NCBI GenBank assembly: GCA_040905565.1
Contig: JBBDRF010000018.1
Span: 1 to 51,931, forward strand
Direction of reading: 5' to 3'
From: Phycisphaeraceae bacterium
GTDB taxonomy: Bacteria; Planctomycetota; Phycisphaerae; Phycisphaerales; Zrk34
DNA length: 51,931 nt
Shown: positions 1 to 9,463 of the stretch, piece by piece
Position numbering within the stretch: the stretch's first letter is position 1
Layout: the number at the start of each line of letters is the position of its first letter
The notes under the pieces: generated by a model
Seen by the model: only the letters and a program-made list of their open reading frames with translations
What the model was told of the DNA's origin: nothing
Databases searched by the model: none
Program-made: the position numbers and the translations under genes

Positions 1-111
1 CAAACAACAATCCCCCCCCCCCCCGAATGTTAATCTGGGTAATATAAAAGTCGCGTCGTATTTCTGACGATAACCCATCATGTCGCGAATGAAATCGACG
101 GAGATGTCACC

Positions 112-444
112 ATGACCTTGAAGATGATGGCCGAGAAACGCAGCAGCCCCCGACGCACGACGCAGCAGGCGGTCAAGGTTTACGACCCCCGCAGCGGCCG
201 ATACATCGGCGGCATCATGCGTAATGCTTCCACCACCGGCGCGCTCCTCGAACTGCGAGGCACGCTCGCTTCGCAACTTGGCGACTGGATCGGCCTCGCC
301 ATCGAAGGCGACAACGGCGGCGCGATCGTCAGCCATGACCGCATGGCCTCCGTCGTCATCAGGCGCTTCGCCGAGGCCACGGCCGGTTCGCGTTGCGTCG
401 CTGTGGAGTTCGCCGCCGTGCAGCCCGTCGCCCTCGCCGCCTGA
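112..444 (+). CDS. PilZ-domain (c-di-GMP-binding-like) protein
   Basis: 110 aa with RxxxR (KRSSPRR) and N-x-S-x-x-G (NASTTGA) motifs; GGAG SD upstream. Confidence 0.7.
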   Translation: MTLKMMAEKRSSPRRTTQQAVKVYDPRSGRYIGGIMRNASTTGALLELRGTLASQLGDWIGLAIEGDNGGAIVSHDRMASVVIRRFAEATAGSRCVAVEFAAVQPVALAA

Positions 445-451
445 CGTTTTT

Positions 452-1081
452 TCACCACTGCACGTGCTGCCGCACCGCCGTGGCCAGCATCCGTTTGTAC
501 TCACGGCGGGGAATGTCGATCGCGCCCAGCGACCGCATGTGCTCAGAATTAATCTGCACGTCCAGCAGCTGAAAACCCCGCTCCCGCAGGTGGTTCACCA
601 GGTGTACCAGGCACGCCTTCGAAGCATCGGTGCCGCGGCCGGGGATGTGGAACATCGACTCGCCGAAGAACGCAGCGTGCAGCGCCACGCCGTAAAGCCC
701 CCCCACCAACTCGCCGTCCCGCCAGGCCTCGACCGAATGCGCCAGGCCCAGTTCGTGCAGATGCACGTACGCATCAATGATCACATCGTTGATCCACGTT
801 TCCTGCTCATCGCGGCGCGGCTGCGCACAAGCGCGCATCACCTGCTCAAAAGCGGTGTCGATGCGGAGGTCGAATACGCCCTGCCGAAGCTTCTGCCGCA
901 GCGTCCGCGGCACCCGAAAATCCTCCAACGGCAAAATCGCCCGCGGGTCCGGGTCATACCATTGAATCGTCGCCGCATGACGCGACGGCGCCATCGGGAA
1001 CATCCCCTGCGCATAAGCAGCCGTCAACAACTCAGGCGTGAGCTGCAGCTGCGCGGTCGCTCGATCGAGGCGGTGCACCAT
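452..1081 (-). CDS. aat: Leucyl/phenylalanyl-tRNA--protein transferase
   Basis: AYAQGMFPMA, WYDPDPRAIL, HSVEAW, LVGGLYGV, FFGESMF motifs. Confidence 0.95.
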   Translation of the reverse strand: MVHRLDRATAQLQLTPELLTAAYAQGMFPMAPSRHAATIQWYDPDPRAILPLEDFRVPRTLRQKLRQGVFDLRIDTAFEQVMRACAQPRRDEQETWINDVIIDAYVHLHELGLAHSVEAWRDGELVGGLYGVALHAAFFGESMFHIPGRGTDASKACLVHLVNHLRERGFQLLDVQINSEHMRSLGAIDIPRREYKRMLATAVRQHVQW

Positions 1082-1138
1082 GACAGTTAAAAGCTACCTT
1101 GTTCACACGGAGTCGCGCGAACGCCGGCAGCTTTTCAG

Positions 1139-2623
1139 CTACGCATCGGCCCGCATGATCCGCAGGGGTGATTGAATCCGTTCCAGTTCTTGCGAGAGCC
1201 TCTCCAGATCGTCCGGCCGCAGGCGGATGAGTTTCTGATTCGTCCCCTGCCGTTCCCGTAACAGATCGTAGAACGGGCCCTCCTTCACGGCCAGCAGCGT
1301 GACATCCGGATCGTCCAGCAGCAGCTTACCGTGCCAGTGATATTTGCAGAAAACCATCCGCCGATCGGTCAGCGCCACACCCGCAAGCCCTGCATCCTTC
1401 CGCGCAAAGTCGGCATCGCTGACGTAAGCGACGAACTGCTCGTCGGCGTTAATCTTGAACCACGCGGTGATGCGACGCCTGACCCCGTCGCTGAGTTGCC
1501 GCCATGCATCGCTGTCGAACCGCGCGCCCGCCTCCTCAAGCTGCGCGTACTCATCATCGCAGATGCCGTTGACTCGGCCGACCCACTCCAGCGCCACATC
1601 GGTGTGCGGAATGGTCACTTCACAAAGCACGCCTCGCGGTGAGTCGACCGCCTGACAAATAAGCTTACCGCCGACCGCACACCCCGAGCAGAGGTAGTAA
1701 GGCATCGCCCGGTTGAACGGCGAAATCAACTCATCAATCACCGGCATATGGTCCACGATGTCGCGCGGCGTCTGATTCAGATACACCTCGTGACCGTAAC
1801 GCGTTTCCAGTTCCCCCGACGGAATCGGCTTACCGTGACCACGATCCGCCCAAGCCAGCGGACGCGCCACCATGCCCTGCCGTTTCGTCTCGCCACACAG
1901 CGCACACCGCATCGGCAGCGACGCCCGAAACGCGGGGCGAAGTAGCAGATTCGCCTCGAAGCCCAGCAATACCGACGCTGCATCCACGCAAAGCAGACTC
2001 AGCCGCGCATGGTTACACGTGTGTTCGTCGTGACCGCTCGGCCCCGCGCGGCGCCGACGCTCGAGCGTCTGCTCATACAGCGCCTGCTGCTGCCGACGGT
2101 GCTCCTCCTCGTCGTTCTCCAGAGGCCGAATCGCCGACTCCACCTTGTAATGACGCCCATCACGCTTACGCTGCGCCCGGTCATCCTCACCCTGCGGCGC
2201 ATCCTCAGCAGGCGCCTCACCAGACTCACCAGCCGGCTCTGCCGGAGCGTCCGCGCGCTCGACTGCGTCCTCCAGCGGCAACGCGTGATCGGCCTCATGT
2301 TCGCGCAGCGTCTCGCCCAGCCTCCCCCCTACCGTCTCATCCTCATCCGCTTCAGGCTCAGCGATGCTGCTGACCGTCGCATCGGCCGAAGCATCCGCCT
2401 CGCCGTGCGGAACCTCCCCACCGACCATCGCATCATCGTCAGCATCCTCAGCACTGAGCCAATCGTTAATGATGTCATCGTTGACACGCACGCTACCCGC
2501 GAGTTGGTCGGGGACGACGAATTGCTCCTTGCAGAACGGACACCGGCCCGTTCGGCCTGCCGCTTCGGTCGGAACGGTCAAATGTGACGAGCACGAGGGA
2601 CACGCAATGTTGGTGGCTGGCAT
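1139..2623 (-). CDS. Hypothetical protein with N-terminal Zn-ribbon, acidic linker and Cys-containing C-terminal region
   Basis: CPSC...CPFC at the N-terminus; GGGAG SD before GTG/ATG at 2626/2623 (ORF-track start 2839 probably too long); later CALC and CSGC pairs. Confidence 0.7.
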   Translation of the reverse strand: MPATNIACPSCSSHLTVPTEAAGRTGRCPFCKEQFVVPDQLAGSVRVNDDIINDWLSAEDADDDAMVGGEVPHGEADASADATVSSIAEPEADEDETVGGRLGETLREHEADHALPLEDAVERADAPAEPAGESGEAPAEDAPQGEDDRAQRKRDGRHYKVESAIRPLENDEEEHRRQQQALYEQTLERRRRAGPSGHDEHTCNHARLSLLCVDAASVLLGFEANLLLRPAFRASLPMRCALCGETKRQGMVARPLAWADRGHGKPIPSGELETRYGHEVYLNQTPRDIVDHMPVIDELISPFNRAMPYYLCSGCAVGGKLICQAVDSPRGVLCEVTIPHTDVALEWVGRVNGICDDEYAQLEEAGARFDSDAWRQLSDGVRRRITAWFKINADEQFVAYVSDADFARKDAGLAGVALTDRRMVFCKYHWHGKLLLDDPDVTLLAVKEGPFYDLLRERQGTNQKLIRLRPDDLERLSQELERIQSPLRIMRADA

Positions 2624-2880
2624 CACCCACCTCCCATGAGAACCATGTGACGAAGTGAAACGGCGCTCGAAAGGACGCGACGAGGGGGTCTTGACCAAGT
2701 ACACGCAGTATAGCTTGAGCCGGCAAAACCAACGAAAGGTTTTTTCAACGATTTCCACGCCTGCGCTGCAAATCAATAGCCTCGCCCGCCAAACGTTCGC
2801 GTGCACCGGCCCGCAATGCCGGACTCGCCAAGCTCGCATCCAGGCCTATTATGAGTAGGGACGAACAAGGAGGCGAAATC

Positions 2881-3459
2881 ATGGCACGTTTCACGGGCCT
2901 AACCATAAGCGGCGTCGCACTGCTGTTGCTCTTCACCGGCTGCCAGTCGGGCCAGTACGATGATCGCTACGTCTATCAGCCTCGACCGATGACGGTCGAA
3001 ACCTTCTCGCGCGAACGGCCGGATCTCGGCACCGTCCGCACGCTCGTCAGCGTCGTCGGCCTCAGGCGCGCCGACGAGGACGCCGACCTGCCCGCCTCCG
3101 TCCACGTCCGAATGAGGCTGGACAACACCGCCGACAGCATCGCCACGTTCGACCCCAGCACCATCACGCTCTTCGGGGCCGATGTCCGCCAGTTCGCCCC
3201 GCCCATCCTCGATCCCGCTCAGGTGCTCACGCTCGAACCCGGCGACTCCGCCACCGTCGACGCCTACTTCCCACTACGCGGCGAAGGCACCCCCGGCACC
3301 GTCTCCCTCGAAGGCCTCGGCGTCCGCTGGACCGTCGACATCGCAGGCGACACCGTCCCCGGCAGCGCCACCTTCTCACGCCGCGAAAGAGACTACTACC
3401 GCCGCTACAACGATCCCCGCTTCAACTTCGGCTTCGGCTACGGCTACCACCGCTGGTGA
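2881..3459 (+). CDS. Putative lipoprotein
   Basis: AGGAGG SD before ATG 2881; lipobox LLFTG-C; aromatic/Gly-rich C-terminus. Confidence 0.7.
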   Translation: MARFTGLTISGVALLLLFTGCQSGQYDDRYVYQPRPMTVETFSRERPDLGTVRTLVSVVGLRRADEDADLPASVHVRMRLDNTADSIATFDPSTITLFGADVRQFAPPILDPAQVLTLEPGDSATVDAYFPLRGEGTPGTVSLEGLGVRWTVDIAGDTVPGSATFSRRERDYYRRYNDPRFNFGFGYGYHRW

Positions 3460-3556
3460 TTTAGATTCATCATCGATCACCGGGGCCTTGGTGTTTTTCT
3501 AAGCGTGATCGCAACACTGTCGCCCCGGTGTTGTGAATCGCGGCACCTGCCGGTCT

Positions 3557-3912
3557 ACGAGCCGCGACCGTAACAGTCTTTTTCATCTGTTGCGTAAACG
3601 GATGAAGGCTGGTTTCTTAGGATAATTCACATCGCTGATTACGAGCCGCGACCGTAAGGGAGCGGTTGTGCGCCAAGATTTTGCGCGCCGACCGCCCACG
3701 CGACTCGGCCTCGGCTACCGACGAAAATCAACGACTTACGCAACAGATGAAAAAGACTGGTAAGGGAGCGGTTGTGTCCGAAACTTTTGTGAACGTGAGG
3801 AGACTGGACGTGCCATCTTGTGAGTGAAGCGTTCTCCGCATTGCGACGCATCGTCACGATCCGTCGAGCGTCTGAACGCACAACCGCTTACTGACGTGCG
3901 CGGCTCGTTGTC
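3557..3912. repeat. Family-A REP doublet (REPIN-like), left REP interrupted by a MITE
   Basis: Left ACGAGCCGCGACCGTAA//GGGAGCGGTTGTG and inverted right CACAACCGCTTACTGACGTGCGCGGCTCGTTGTC; same layout at 23969-24126 and 47363-47541. Confidence 0.85.
3574..3759. mobile_element. 186-bp non-autonomous MITE with 24-bp perfect TIRs and 4-bp GTAA target duplication
   Basis: CAGTCTTTTTCATCTGTTGCGTAA (3574-3597) is the exact reverse complement of 3736-3759; GTAA at 3570-3573 and 3760-3763; removing the element restores an intact REP. Confidence 0.85.
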
Positions 3913-3983
3913 AACGGCGCGACGCGTCGGACGAACGAATCTGCAAATGCTGACCCACCCGCTTGTCTGATGATGAACCGTGA

Positions 3984-5225
3984 TCACCAGACCGCCGGGT
4001 CGCCCAGGAACACCTCCCGCCGCATCCGCTGGCCCGTCTCAGGGTGACGGATCAGGCGCTTGGTGACATACTCGAACAGCATCGGGTTGTACTTGTAGAT
4101 CTCGTTGAGCGGCCGACGGTACTTCTCGTCGAGCAAGCCGTCCGTTACGAGCAACCGCGTCCAGATCGTGATGTTCAACGCCGAGAGCGGATAGTCGCTG
4201 CCGTTGACGAAACGCCCATGAAGGTCCGGCCGTTCCAGCATCGCAAGCAACGGCTCATCGAGATGGTTGAAGAAGATCATTGAAGCCGTGTCGATGTACA
4301 AAAGCCCGTCGTACCGCGGCTCATCAAGCATCCGCAGCAGCAATTTGTGACCGGGCGTGCGCCGGTGATGCCGCGGGTTCTCAAAATCCTTGAACTCGCC
4401 GTCACTGGCGAAGTGAAGGGCCACGACCTTCAACCCCCGATCCAGCGGCCGACGCAGCAGCAGCGGGTTCCCCAGCTCCGCATCAATCTCCTCCAGCGCC
4501 ATCTCATCGCCCGTGTGCGTCAGCAGCACCATGTCGTGCTCGATCATCGTGTCGTAATAATCGTTCAGCCTTGGCGAAGCGGGATTGATCCCCATCGCGT
4601 TCGGCAGCCACTTCACATGCCGTACCCCTCGGTCCGCCCAGTAGTGGAGCTCTTCGATGGCGTCTTCGCGGAACGGATGCACCGAGACCACCGGGCGGAA
4701 GTGCTCGGGATACTGTTGCGAAATTTCATAGACGTCGTGATTTGAGACGTAGATGCTGGTATGCCTGAGATCGACCGAGCCGTCGGGGTAGTAGCTGCGG
4801 TCCAGCGCGTAAAGGTACAGCCGCATCTTCCGCGGGAACTGTTCCAGTTGAGCCACCATGCGCTCGACGTAATCCTTTTCAAGCGTTTCGCTATGAGCCG
4901 AAACGCCCGCCCCGCTGAGGTAGACCTGCGTGCGGCCGTACTTGAGGGGGTGCCAGAACGGGCTGTGCCAGTCGGGGTTCACGTTTCTGCTGATCATGTG
5001 AGCGTGGATGTCGATCAGCACGTCGTCCTCGCCGATATCCGCGAACGCTTTTTCGATGATCGCATGGGCTTCGGAGCTGATGTTCTCCGCCATCTGATCG
5101 GGCGGCCCCGCGAAGTCGCCACCGATCGAATCGTACAGAACGTGACAGCCCCCAAGCGGAAGCAGCAGGCAGAGCGTCAGCAGAAAACGTACGGACAGCG
5201 TGGAGGTATCGATCATCGTGCGCAC
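3984..5225 (-). CDS. Amidohydrolase-family metal-dependent hydrolase, probable lipoprotein
   Basis: DIHAH, HTGDE, ALHFAS and NGSDYP metal-site motifs; LPLGG-C lipobox; alternative ATG at 5216. Confidence 0.85.
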   Translation of the reverse strand: MRTMIDTSTLSVRFLLTLCLLLPLGGCHVLYDSIGGDFAGPPDQMAENISSEAHAIIEKAFADIGEDDVLIDIHAHMISRNVNPDWHSPFWHPLKYGRTQVYLSGAGVSAHSETLEKDYVERMVAQLEQFPRKMRLYLYALDRSYYPDGSVDLRHTSIYVSNHDVYEISQQYPEHFRPVVSVHPFREDAIEELHYWADRGVRHVKWLPNAMGINPASPRLNDYYDTMIEHDMVLLTHTGDEMALEEIDAELGNPLLLRRPLDRGLKVVALHFASDGEFKDFENPRHHRRTPGHKLLLRMLDEPRYDGLLYIDTASMIFFNHLDEPLLAMLERPDLHGRFVNGSDYPLSALNITIWTRLLVTDGLLDEKYRRPLNEIYKYNPMLFEYVTKRLIRHPETGQRMRREVFLGDPAVW

Positions 5226-5341
5226 TCGTCATGGTGGTATAAGGCCGGCGATTATAACGGTTGCCCCCGTGCGATTGTTGATTGGGCACCACAACGCCTC
5301 ACCGCTGCTTAACATCAGCCAATCAGAAATCAGCAATTAGC

Positions 5342-5451
5342 GGGTGCCCCGGCCAGCGAGCGCAGCGAGACGACCGGGTCTTCCGGACGCATGCAGAGGC
5401 CTCAACCTATGTCGCCGTTCCGCCCGGCCGTCTTCGCTGGCCGGGGCACCC
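5342..5451. repeat. Family-B palindromic element (about 110 bp), copy 1
   Basis: Arms GGGTGCCCCGGCCAGCG...AGACGACCGGG and CCCGGCCGTCTTCGCTGGCCGGGGCACCC; homologous copies elsewhere in the window. Confidence 0.85.
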
Positions 5452-5607
5452 TCAGAATGCTTGTCGCACTGTGGGCAAACCACCGGTGTCACACGATCCT
5501 CCCCCGCGTTGGACGAGGTTCATGCACCGGCTACAATCGTGTTCCCCCCTGTGAAACGTTGGGCCGTGCGGCTCATGTTTCACGGTCAACATGACGAGAA
5601 TGCTTAG

Positions 5608-6675
5608 ATGAACGAACACGAAACGCCGTCGCAGGGCTCCAGCCCGCCCCCGCCCCCCGCCCAACGCCAAGCCTATTACGGACCGCCTCCCGCTGAGCGC
5701 AGCGGCGCCATGGGCGGCATCACCAAGCTCGGCGGCGTGCTGTCGCTCGGGCTGCTGGTCTTCCTCGCAGGCTTCTACGTCGCCGTTTACGTCATCAGCA
5801 GCGACCCCGGCCCCTCCACCGCCGAATACCGCACCGGCACCGGCTCCCAGAAGGTCGCGATCATCCCCGTCAACGGCGCGATCGACAACTACACCAGCCG
5901 TTTCATCCATGAAGTGGTCGAAGCCATCATCGCCGACGAGAGCGTCCGCGCCGTCGTGCTGCGGGTTCAAAGCCCCGGCGGAGCCGTGACCGCCAGCGAC
6001 GAAATCCTCTACTCCATCAACCGCCTGCGCACCGAACGCAACCTCCCCGTCGTCGCAAGCTACGGCGACGTCGCCGCCAGCGGCGGCTACTACGTCTCAT
6101 GCCAGGCCGACCGCATCTTCGCACAGCCGACCTCCATCACCGGGTCCATCGGCGTGATCGCACCGGCGTTCACCGTCGAAAAGCTTCTGGAGAAGATCGG
6201 CGTCCAGCCGGAGATCGTCACCAGCTCCCTCGCCAACGAAAAAGACCTCGGCACGCCCCTCCGGGCGTGGACCGAAGAGGACCGCGAACGCATCCAGGGC
6301 ATCCTCAATTCGATCCAGGAACAGTTCATCAGCGTCATCGTTGAAGGCCGCAAGGACGTGCTGAGTGCCGACGAAGTGCGCAGCCTCGCCACCGGCGCCA
6401 TCTTCACCGCACAGGACGCGCTCGATGCACGCCTCGTCGACGAGATCGGCTACATCGGCACCGCCATCGACCACGCCGTCTCACTGGCCGACTTCGAATT
6501 GGAAGACCCCCCAGCCGTCATCTACCAGCCCCGGGCCGGCCTCGGCGCCCTGCTCGGCGCGCAGGCGCGAACCCAGACCTCCGCCCCCACACCCGACCGC
6601 ATCGACGCCAGCACCATCCGCCAGTGGGCCAACGAACTCTCCGTCCCCAAGCTGATGTACATGTGGCAGCAGTAA
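5608..6675 (+). CDS. sppA: Signal peptide peptidase SppA (S49)
   Basis: SPGGAV, DVAASGGYY and TGSIGV motifs; N-terminal TM helix. Confidence 0.93.
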   Translation: MNEHETPSQGSSPPPPPAQRQAYYGPPPAERSGAMGGITKLGGVLSLGLLVFLAGFYVAVYVISSDPGPSTAEYRTGTGSQKVAIIPVNGAIDNYTSRFIHEVVEAIIADESVRAVVLRVQSPGGAVTASDEILYSINRLRTERNLPVVASYGDVAASGGYYVSCQADRIFAQPTSITGSIGVIAPAFTVEKLLEKIGVQPEIVTSSLANEKDLGTPLRAWTEEDRERIQGILNSIQEQFISVIVEGRKDVLSADEVRSLATGAIFTAQDALDARLVDEIGYIGTAIDHAVSLADFELEDPPAVIYQPRAGLGALLGAQARTQTSAPTPDRIDASTIRQWANELSVPKLMYMWQQ

Positions 6676-6707
6676 TCACCACCGCCACACACTGACCACG
6701 AAATCAC

Positions 6708-6743
6708 AGCGGCTTGCATCAAACACGATGCAAGCCGCTTTTT
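6708..6743 (+). terminator. Intrinsic terminator after sppA
   Basis: AGCGGCTTGCATC / GATGCAAGCCGCT stem followed by a T-tract. Confidence 0.85.
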
Positions 6744-6744
6744 C

Positions 6745-6900
6745 GTAGGGTGGTGTAGAGCGAAGCGAAACCCACCGCCCGGCGGAACGACGAGTAAGAA
6801 AGCTGCGTAGCGCGAAGCGACGCCGGCTCCTTCGCCGTAGGGTGGGCACCGCCCACCAAAACGTCGCGTGTCAAGACATGGTGGGCCATGCCCACCCTAC
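6745..6900. repeat. Cluster of GTAG-type REP sequences
   Basis: GTAGGGTGGTGTAGAGCGAAGCGAAACCCACC, GTAGGGTGGGCACCGCCCACC and inverted GGTGGGCCATGCCCACCCTAC between convergent genes. Confidence 0.75.
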
Positions 6901-6928
6901 CAACACCAGCGCGACAAGCTGGCGGGCG

Positions 6929-7468
6929 TTACATCGGTTTGTCTTCGATGGTCTGGTCGTAGATCGCCAGGAGCTTGGACTTGTCGAAGATCATCTCCTG
7001 CCGACTCAGGCCCACCAGATCGTACTCGGGCGTGAGTTCGATCGCGTCGACAGGGCAGGCCTCTTCGCACATGCCGCAGTAGATGCAGCGAAGCTCGTCG
7101 ATATCGAACCGGACGGGGTACTTCTCGCGATCGTCCCAAGGCGATTCTTCACCCACAATGTGGATGCAGTCTGCGGGGCAGGCGGTGGAGCACATGAAAC
7201 AAGCCACGCACTTCACTCGGCCCTGCTCATCGCGATTCAACCGATGCACACCGCGATAGTTGCCCCGGTTCAGCCCGCCTTGATCCAGCGGCATGTTCTC
7301 ACGCCGTTCCTCAGGATACTGGAACGTCTTGTTACGCGGACCACGAAACGCCGAGCCCATAATGTGCTTCAGCGTCGTGCCAAGGCCCTTGAAGACCTCC
7401 GGCAGGAAGGTGGATTCAAGGGCACCCATCTTGGGCATCTCAACAACGTAAATATCTTCCTGACGCAT
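6929..7468 (-). CDS. nuoI: NADH-quinone oxidoreductase subunit I
   Basis: TFQYPEE, YRGVHRL and two CxxCxxCxxxCP ferredoxin motifs (CVACFMCSTACP, CIYCGMCEEACP). Confidence 0.93.
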   Translation of the reverse strand: MRQEDIYVVEMPKMGALESTFLPEVFKGLGTTLKHIMGSAFRGPRNKTFQYPEERRENMPLDQGGLNRGNYRGVHRLNRDEQGRVKCVACFMCSTACPADCIHIVGEESPWDDREKYPVRFDIDELRCIYCGMCEEACPVDAIELTPEYDLVGLSRQEMIFDKSKLLAIYDQTIEDKPM

Positions 7469-7577
7469 GGCAGCGCGAGTCCTTTCGCCCGGGTGTGAGT
7501 TGCCCGGGGACCACTATTATTTTCGATCCAGCCGCGAAGGTCAAACCCGCCCCCCCACCATCTACTGGGTGCCAACT

Positions 7578-7688
7578 GGGTGCCCCGGCCAGCGAGCGCA
7601 GCGAGACGGCCGGGTTCTTTCGAACATGTGCAGAGGTCGCAACACGTGTCGCCCTCCCGCCCGGCCGTCTGCGCTGGCCGGGGCACCC
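7578..7688. repeat. Family-B palindromic element, copy 2
   Basis: Same arms as 5342-5451 with a homologous but diverged spacer. Confidence 0.85.
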
Positions 7689-7699
7689 CCCGTCGGGGT

Positions 7700-9334
7700 T
7701 CAATCCTGCGTTTCCAGCGGCGGCAGCGTCACGCTCACGACCTTCTCAATGCCCTTCTGCGACCGCAGGCTCTTCAGCAGCGCCTCATCGGGCACGCTGT
7801 CGAGCTTCAGCACCATCATCGCCTTGTTGCCGTGGCGTGACAGGGCCATGTCCGCGATGTTCGCCCCCGACCCGCCGAACTCCTGCCCGACCATGCCGAT
7901 CATGCCGGGCCGATCCTCATTGAGGACGACGACCATCGGTCCAACCGGCACCATATCCATATGATACGAGCCGATCTCCAGCACGCGGGGCTGTCCGTCG
8001 GCGTAGATGCTGCCGAGGATGTGCCGCTTCTCGTTGCCGCTGGTGATGTCGATCGAGATCCGCGGAATCGCCCGCACCTCGTCCTCCACCACGCTGCGGA
8101 TCTTAATGTTACGCTGGTCGGCGATCAGCCTCGCATTCACCACGTTCACAGGCGTCTCAAGCTGGGCGTTCAGCAGTTCCACCAGCGTCATGCGTTCGAT
8201 TGTGGCCGCCGCTGCCGAGAGCATCTCGCCCTGGAACGTCACGGTGATGTCCGCCATGCCCGCTTCGCACATCGGGGCAATCAGCTTCGCCATCCGCTGC
8301 GAAAGATCGAGGAACTGCAGTTGCTCGGGGTCCAGATCCAGCCGCACGCCCGCCGCGTTGATCGCACCACGAATCCCCACGCCCTGCAGATACTCAAGGA
8401 TCTGAGCACAGGCATGCGTCGAAACCGCTTCCTGCGCCTCTTCCGTCGAAGCACCCAGGTGAGGCGTCAGCAGCACTTTCGGATGATTCCGAAGCGGCGA
8501 CTCCGCATCCAGCGGTTCCTTCTCATAAACGTCCAGCGCCGCCCCGCCACACTGCCCCGCATCGATTGATTCGATCATCGCGTCAAGGTCGATCACCCCG
8601 CCACGGGCTGCGTTGATCACCATCATGCCCGGGTTGGCCTTGGCGAACTGCTCCTTGCCCAGCATGTTCCGCGTATGGTCGTTCAGCGGCACGTGAAACG
8701 AGAGAAAATCGACCTGGCTCACCAGATCATCAAAGCTTCCCACCAGCTTCACCTGCCCGTCCAGCGCGGTCTTCGCGTTGTACACCGGGTCGAACGCCAG
8801 CACCTTCATCCCGAACGCCAGCGCCCTCTCCGCGACCGTCCGACCAATCCGCCCGAAGCCCACCACGCCCAGCGTCTTGTCCGACAACTGCCGCCCCACG
8901 AACTTGTTACGATCCCACCCGCCTTCGGTCATCACTTTGTACGCCGGGCCGATGTTCCGCGCCAGCGCCATCAGCAGCGCGAACGCATGCTCCGCCGTGG
9001 TGATCGTCGACGCCTCCGCCGAGTTCATCACCAGCACGCCCGCCTGCGTCGCTGCGTCGAGATCAATATTGTCCACCCCCACCCCCGCCCGCGCAATCGC
9101 CCGAAGCTTGCCCGGCTCAGCCAGCACCTTCGCCGTCACCTGCGCCCCCGACCGCACCAGCAACCCATCATAATCGCCCACCAGCGACGCCAGCTCCTCT
9201 TCACTCAAGCCGGTCTTGACCTCCACCTTCACACCTTCATGCGAGCGGAGGTACTCAAGCCCCGCCGGGGCGAGTTTGTCAGCAACGAGAATATTGATCG
9301 TCCGAGCGGTCGTAGCAGTGGTCATGGTCATCAT
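7700..9334 (-). CDS. serA: D-3-phosphoglycerate dehydrogenase (long form with ASB and ACT domains)
   Basis: RAGVGVDNID, GFGRIG, NAARGG, TPHLGAST and C-terminal DRPGMIG ACT motif; exact start among nearby ATGs uncertain. Confidence 0.95.
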   Translation of the reverse strand: MMTMTTATTARTINILVADKLAPAGLEYLRSHEGVKVEVKTGLSEEELASLVGDYDGLLVRSGAQVTAKVLAEPGKLRAIARAGVGVDNIDLDAATQAGVLVMNSAEASTITTAEHAFALLMALARNIGPAYKVMTEGGWDRNKFVGRQLSDKTLGVVGFGRIGRTVAERALAFGMKVLAFDPVYNAKTALDGQVKLVGSFDDLVSQVDFLSFHVPLNDHTRNMLGKEQFAKANPGMMVINAARGGVIDLDAMIESIDAGQCGGAALDVYEKEPLDAESPLRNHPKVLLTPHLGASTEEAQEAVSTHACAQILEYLQGVGIRGAINAAGVRLDLDPEQLQFLDLSQRMAKLIAPMCEAGMADITVTFQGEMLSAAAATIERMTLVELLNAQLETPVNVVNARLIADQRNIKIRSVVEDEVRAIPRISIDITSGNEKRHILGSIYADGQPRVLEIGSYHMDMVPVGPMVVVLNEDRPGMIGMVGQEFGGSGANIADMALSRHGNKAMMVLKLDSVPDEALLKSLRSQKGIEKVVSVTLPPLETQD

Positions 9335-9434
9335 CTTTGATTAAAGTTAACATTGCGGAATCGGCCGACACCAGGCTCGGCCGGCCCGCCGTCGGCGGGG
9401 CAACTATGGTACGCCTTCCGCCCCGCCTTGTCGA

Positions 9435-9463
9435 TTGCCACCCCGGCGACGTTGGGCTATACT
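9435..9463 (+). promoter_or_regulatory. Sigma70-type promoter of rpsO
   Basis: TTGCCA-17 nt-TATACT, 66 nt before the rpsO ATG. Confidence 0.75.

Noticed and set aside
3639..3987. Short ORFs over REP regions (PLPYGRGS-type peptides; also 24068-24256 and 47153-47524)
   Set aside because: These are translations of REP sequence, with no SD or protein-like features.
5576..5591. parS-like TGTTTCACGGTCAACA (also TCACGTGGAA near 15406)
   Set aside because: Three central mismatches to TGTTTCACGTGAAACA break the palindrome, and no parAB is in the window.
5342..7688. Family A/B repeats as a CRISPR array
   Set aside because: Copies are dispersed and inverted with homologous spacers; there is no tandem repeat-spacer periodicity and no cas gene.
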